The notes under the pieces are model-generated. The model was not told where the DNA came from. It did no database searches and worked only from the letters and a program-made list of their open reading frames with translations. A DNA stretch of 64,000 bases from positions 80,662,001 to 80,726,000 of the forward strand of contig OZ024743.1 in NCBI GenBank assembly GCA_964016885.1, in the 5' to 3' direction. A program made the position numbers and the translations under genes. This stretch comes from Eledone cirrhosa. Its lineage: Eukaryota. Positions 59,957-64,000 of this stretch are shown piece after piece (the first letter of the stretch is position 1; each line of letters begins with the position of its first letter).

Positions 59957-60254
59957 ATGTTAGTGTAATATTGATATTGAAAAAGCACTGAATGAAGGAC
60001 ACTTATTTAATAAAATATAGTTTTCAAAGTGGATATTTAGATCAAATCACCAATAATTGTTTCTATTTTAGGCACAAGGCCAGCAATTATCCAGTTCATT
60101 ACTGGTACTTTATTTTATCGACCGCGTAAGAATGAAAGGCAAAGTTAACCTCGGCGGGATTTGAAATAATAATAGCTTAACTATATATATATATATGTGT
60201 GTGTGTGTATAAATATATATATATATACATACATATATATATACATATTCCTTA

Positions 60255-60369
<115 letters not shown>

Positions 60370-60556
60370 GTATGTATATAGAAACACATGTACATCAGTT
60401 GATTAATTGTAGAATATCTTAGATTACATATTGTTGTCATTGTAACGTTTCCGAAATCTTTGTCTTCCAACTGTGGTGATATCATATCACCTGTATGTTC
60501 ATGTATTTGATTCCCTAATTACTGTTAATCCTGTACTGTAATATATATATATAGAT

Positions 60557-60872
60557 GGAGGCACATGGCTTAGTGGTTAGAGCATTGGCCTTGCAATCGA
60601 AAGGTTCTAAGTTCAATTCTCAGACCGGGTGATGTGTTGTTTCCTTGAGCAAGACACTTTATTTCACATTGCTCCAGTTTACTCAGCTGTAGAAATGAGA
60701 TGATAGGACTGGAGTCCCTATCATTCCACTGCAAAGTGGTCCTGGAGGTGCCACGGCAAAAAAGCACCCAGCACTCACTGTAAATGAGGTTGGTGTTAGA
60801 AAGGGCATCCAGCTGTAGAAATCAAGCAGGGAGAAGCGGACGTAAAATGAAATGATGATGAAATGATGATGA
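60557..60872 (+). mobile_element. tRNA-derived SINE family S2 (3' fragment also at 63645-63820)
   Basis: A box TGGCTTAGTGG, B box AGTTCAATTC, (ATG)n tail. Confidence 0.85.
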
Positions 60873-61248
60873 TATATATTATATATATATATATCATATA
60901 TATTAATCATATTATAATGTATCTATTTTTGAAGTTCTAGTCAACTTTATTTAGTTACCTACCTAGCTATGTGTGGTTACACACTTGTAAAAATTATCTC
61001 CTGTGTTTATTCATGTTTATATATATGTTAATCAATTTCTAGTTATTATATATATATATATATGTATATATATATGTGTGTGTGTGTGTATGTATATATA
61101 TATAAACTCACACATACAGATATCAATATTAGTTTTACGGGGCGGCGAAACCATACCTTGCTCATGAGCAATAATATTATTTCGGCCCCGCTTCTACGAG
61201 CGGAGATCCTCTCTTACCTCAACATCTTTACCCGCTGTACACACACGT

Positions 61249-61353
<105 letters not shown>

Positions 61354-62735
61354 ATATATACATATATATATATGTATGATTTCTTCCGAATGAAACGGTT
61401 CTAGTCCTGCAGAAGCCATTTCTATATAATATATATATATATATATATATACGATATTATATATATATATATATAGGACTAGAACTGTTTCATTCGGGAG
61501 AAATCATCAGGAAGCCTATATACATACATATATACAATACACTAAAACATGAACGCATACATCTATATATGAGAAGTTCTGATCCTACTGTGTTTTGTAA
61601 AGTATGTTTCGTTTTAGGGTTATGATATATAGTATTAGACCAGTGAATAACTACAATACTTTTACTATATTACACACATATATCTTCACTTATATGTGTG
61701 GTTTGTTGTTTTATGTGAGTTTCTGTTACAAATACTGCTATTATATATTTTGTGTACCGCCTTCATATATTCCCTGTCGGATCTCCGTCTTTTCCGACGA
61801 CAAGTGTCCAGCTCGTGAAATTTTACTTACAAGTAACTGAGTAATTGACAGATATGTTCACATATTAGTTCCCAATGATATTCAGCGTGACACTGTATGA
61901 TAAAGCTGCTTTTTCTTTTACAGCCATAACTGTTTTACTTCCAGCTCAGCAGACATAAACAACGTGAGATATGTTTTGTTCAAAAAGAAAATGCGTCACC
62001 GTAGATCGAACTGCCGACCTTCTATCGTGAGTTGAACAACCTTCAAACCCATTTACGGGGAACCCCAGCAAATAAGTATACAAATCTGCGTTATTTGAGG
62101 CAAATAAAGGGGTTGGCGTAAAGAAGGGTACCCGACTATAAATCCTCATGAAACCTGCCATGGGGCCCTAAATAGCTATCCTCGGCTTTAGCAGGGAAAA
62201 TAGAAATATAGCCTTAATAGTTTTTTTTTTTTACCATATATCGACGATTGTCTAATAATTTGAAAAATAATGGTTTCTTATATAAAATAATAAAGACTTT
62301 GTAGAAACATGAAAACCTAACAAATTTCTCCTTAAGTTGATGTTTGGAGCATAACAAATGTCCTTAAATAAACTTACACACATGTTTTTAGATAAAATTT
62401 AAACATTTAACCATTACATTATCATATTTCTAAAAAAGGCCATAGCCTATAATTTTGAAATCATTTTTAAAAGAATCAAGGCTGAAGAAGAACTTTGTAA
62501 TATAACTAAATTTCTAATTATTAATGTATTGTTTGAAGCGTATCTTAGACTTTCATATATAAACAAAAGTTGTTTTTTTTTTAGACATACAAACACTTCA
62601 AAATAAAGTGTGGCATTATAGAATCGGAGCCTGTGGTCGGCGAACTTGTAGTAAATGGTTTTTAAATCTTGTTATTTTTCCCTTATATTGTGGTTTGTTA
62701 GGCCAGTATTGGTAGGTAACCAACGTTAGTGGTTT

Positions 62736-62794
<59 letters not shown>

Positions 62795-62932
62795 GTTATA
62801 TTGTAACTGGAGAATATTAATGACGTTAAAAATACAGAGAAATTAAGAAATTGTCTTAGGTTTACAAAGAAATATTGTTAAAGATTTATATATACACTCA
62901 TGTGTGTATATAAATCTCTGTCTATCTCTCAA

Positions 62933-63009
<77 letters not shown>

Positions 63010-63047
63010 GCAGCGATTCTTTGCTTAAACTTTAATCTGTTATTTTA

Positions 63048-63099
<52 letters not shown>

Positions 63100-63101
63100 G
63101 C

Positions 63102-63150
<49 letters not shown>

Positions 63151-63289
63151 TATATATACATACATGTATATGTGTTTGAATATACATAACAATATATATT
63201 TTTTGTGTGTATTTATATAATTAAATAAATATCAGCTTTTAACGCCAATTATTCCACGGTAGCATGGTTTGGCAGAATATATATACATG

Positions 63290-63327
<38 letters not shown>

Positions 63328-63485
63328 GCATTGTTATAAGTAAAAGTTATATCTCTATATCCTTTTGTATGTATAGATCTTGGTTATACGAATTTTCACC
63401 AAATATTATCCGAATAAACTAATGTACAACTAACTATCTTCAAACACCCGTTAAGAAGTAAACATATATTTTAAAAGCTAAATTT

Positions 63486-63592
<107 letters not shown>

Positions 63593-63854
63593 CATTTAGC
63601 TTTTAACATATTTTTACTTACTAACAGATGTGTATACATATACACTCACTGTAAATGAGGTTGGTGTTAGGAAGGGCATCCAGCTGTAGAAATCAAGCCA
63701 GAATCAGTTCCCGTATGAACAAGACAAGGTCATTCGACCGGACACTGCCCACAACAGGACAACCCGTATAACCCATGCTAGCCTGGAAGAACGGACGTAA
63801 AACGTTGATGAAGATGTTGATACATACACACACACACACATATATACACACACA

Positions 63855-63985
<131 letters not shown>

Positions 63986-64000
63986 ATTTAAAACTGCACT

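Overview
This is an AT-rich, microsatellite-saturated eukaryotic non-coding region. The repeat content (tRNA-derived SINEs, RTE and Tx1 LINEs, very long (TA)n runs) suggests an invertebrate, probably a cephalopod; that is inference. No host gene exon could be identified, and nearly all listed ORFs are artefacts of simple repeats. The only long real ORF is a 5'-truncated Tx1/L1-clade LINE reverse transcriptase (14508-16235, minus). The main discovery is that many short sequence islands inside (TA)n tracts belong to ten or more unrelated families that carry type I hammerhead ribozyme (HHR) motifs: CUGANGA...GAAA...UH with paired stems I-III, folded by eye. Several families share one architecture: (TA)n - short inverted arm - long arm plus a 40-100 nt tail - (TA)n. 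A decayed GIY-YIG endonuclease remnant points to Penelope-like retroelements (PLEs) as the source. Several HHRs show non-canonical cores: recurrent A4, missing N7 and U10.1-U11.1, plus a single-copy U3-A8. Helitron-like, hAT and pogo-type non-autonomous elements and several minisatellites are also present.
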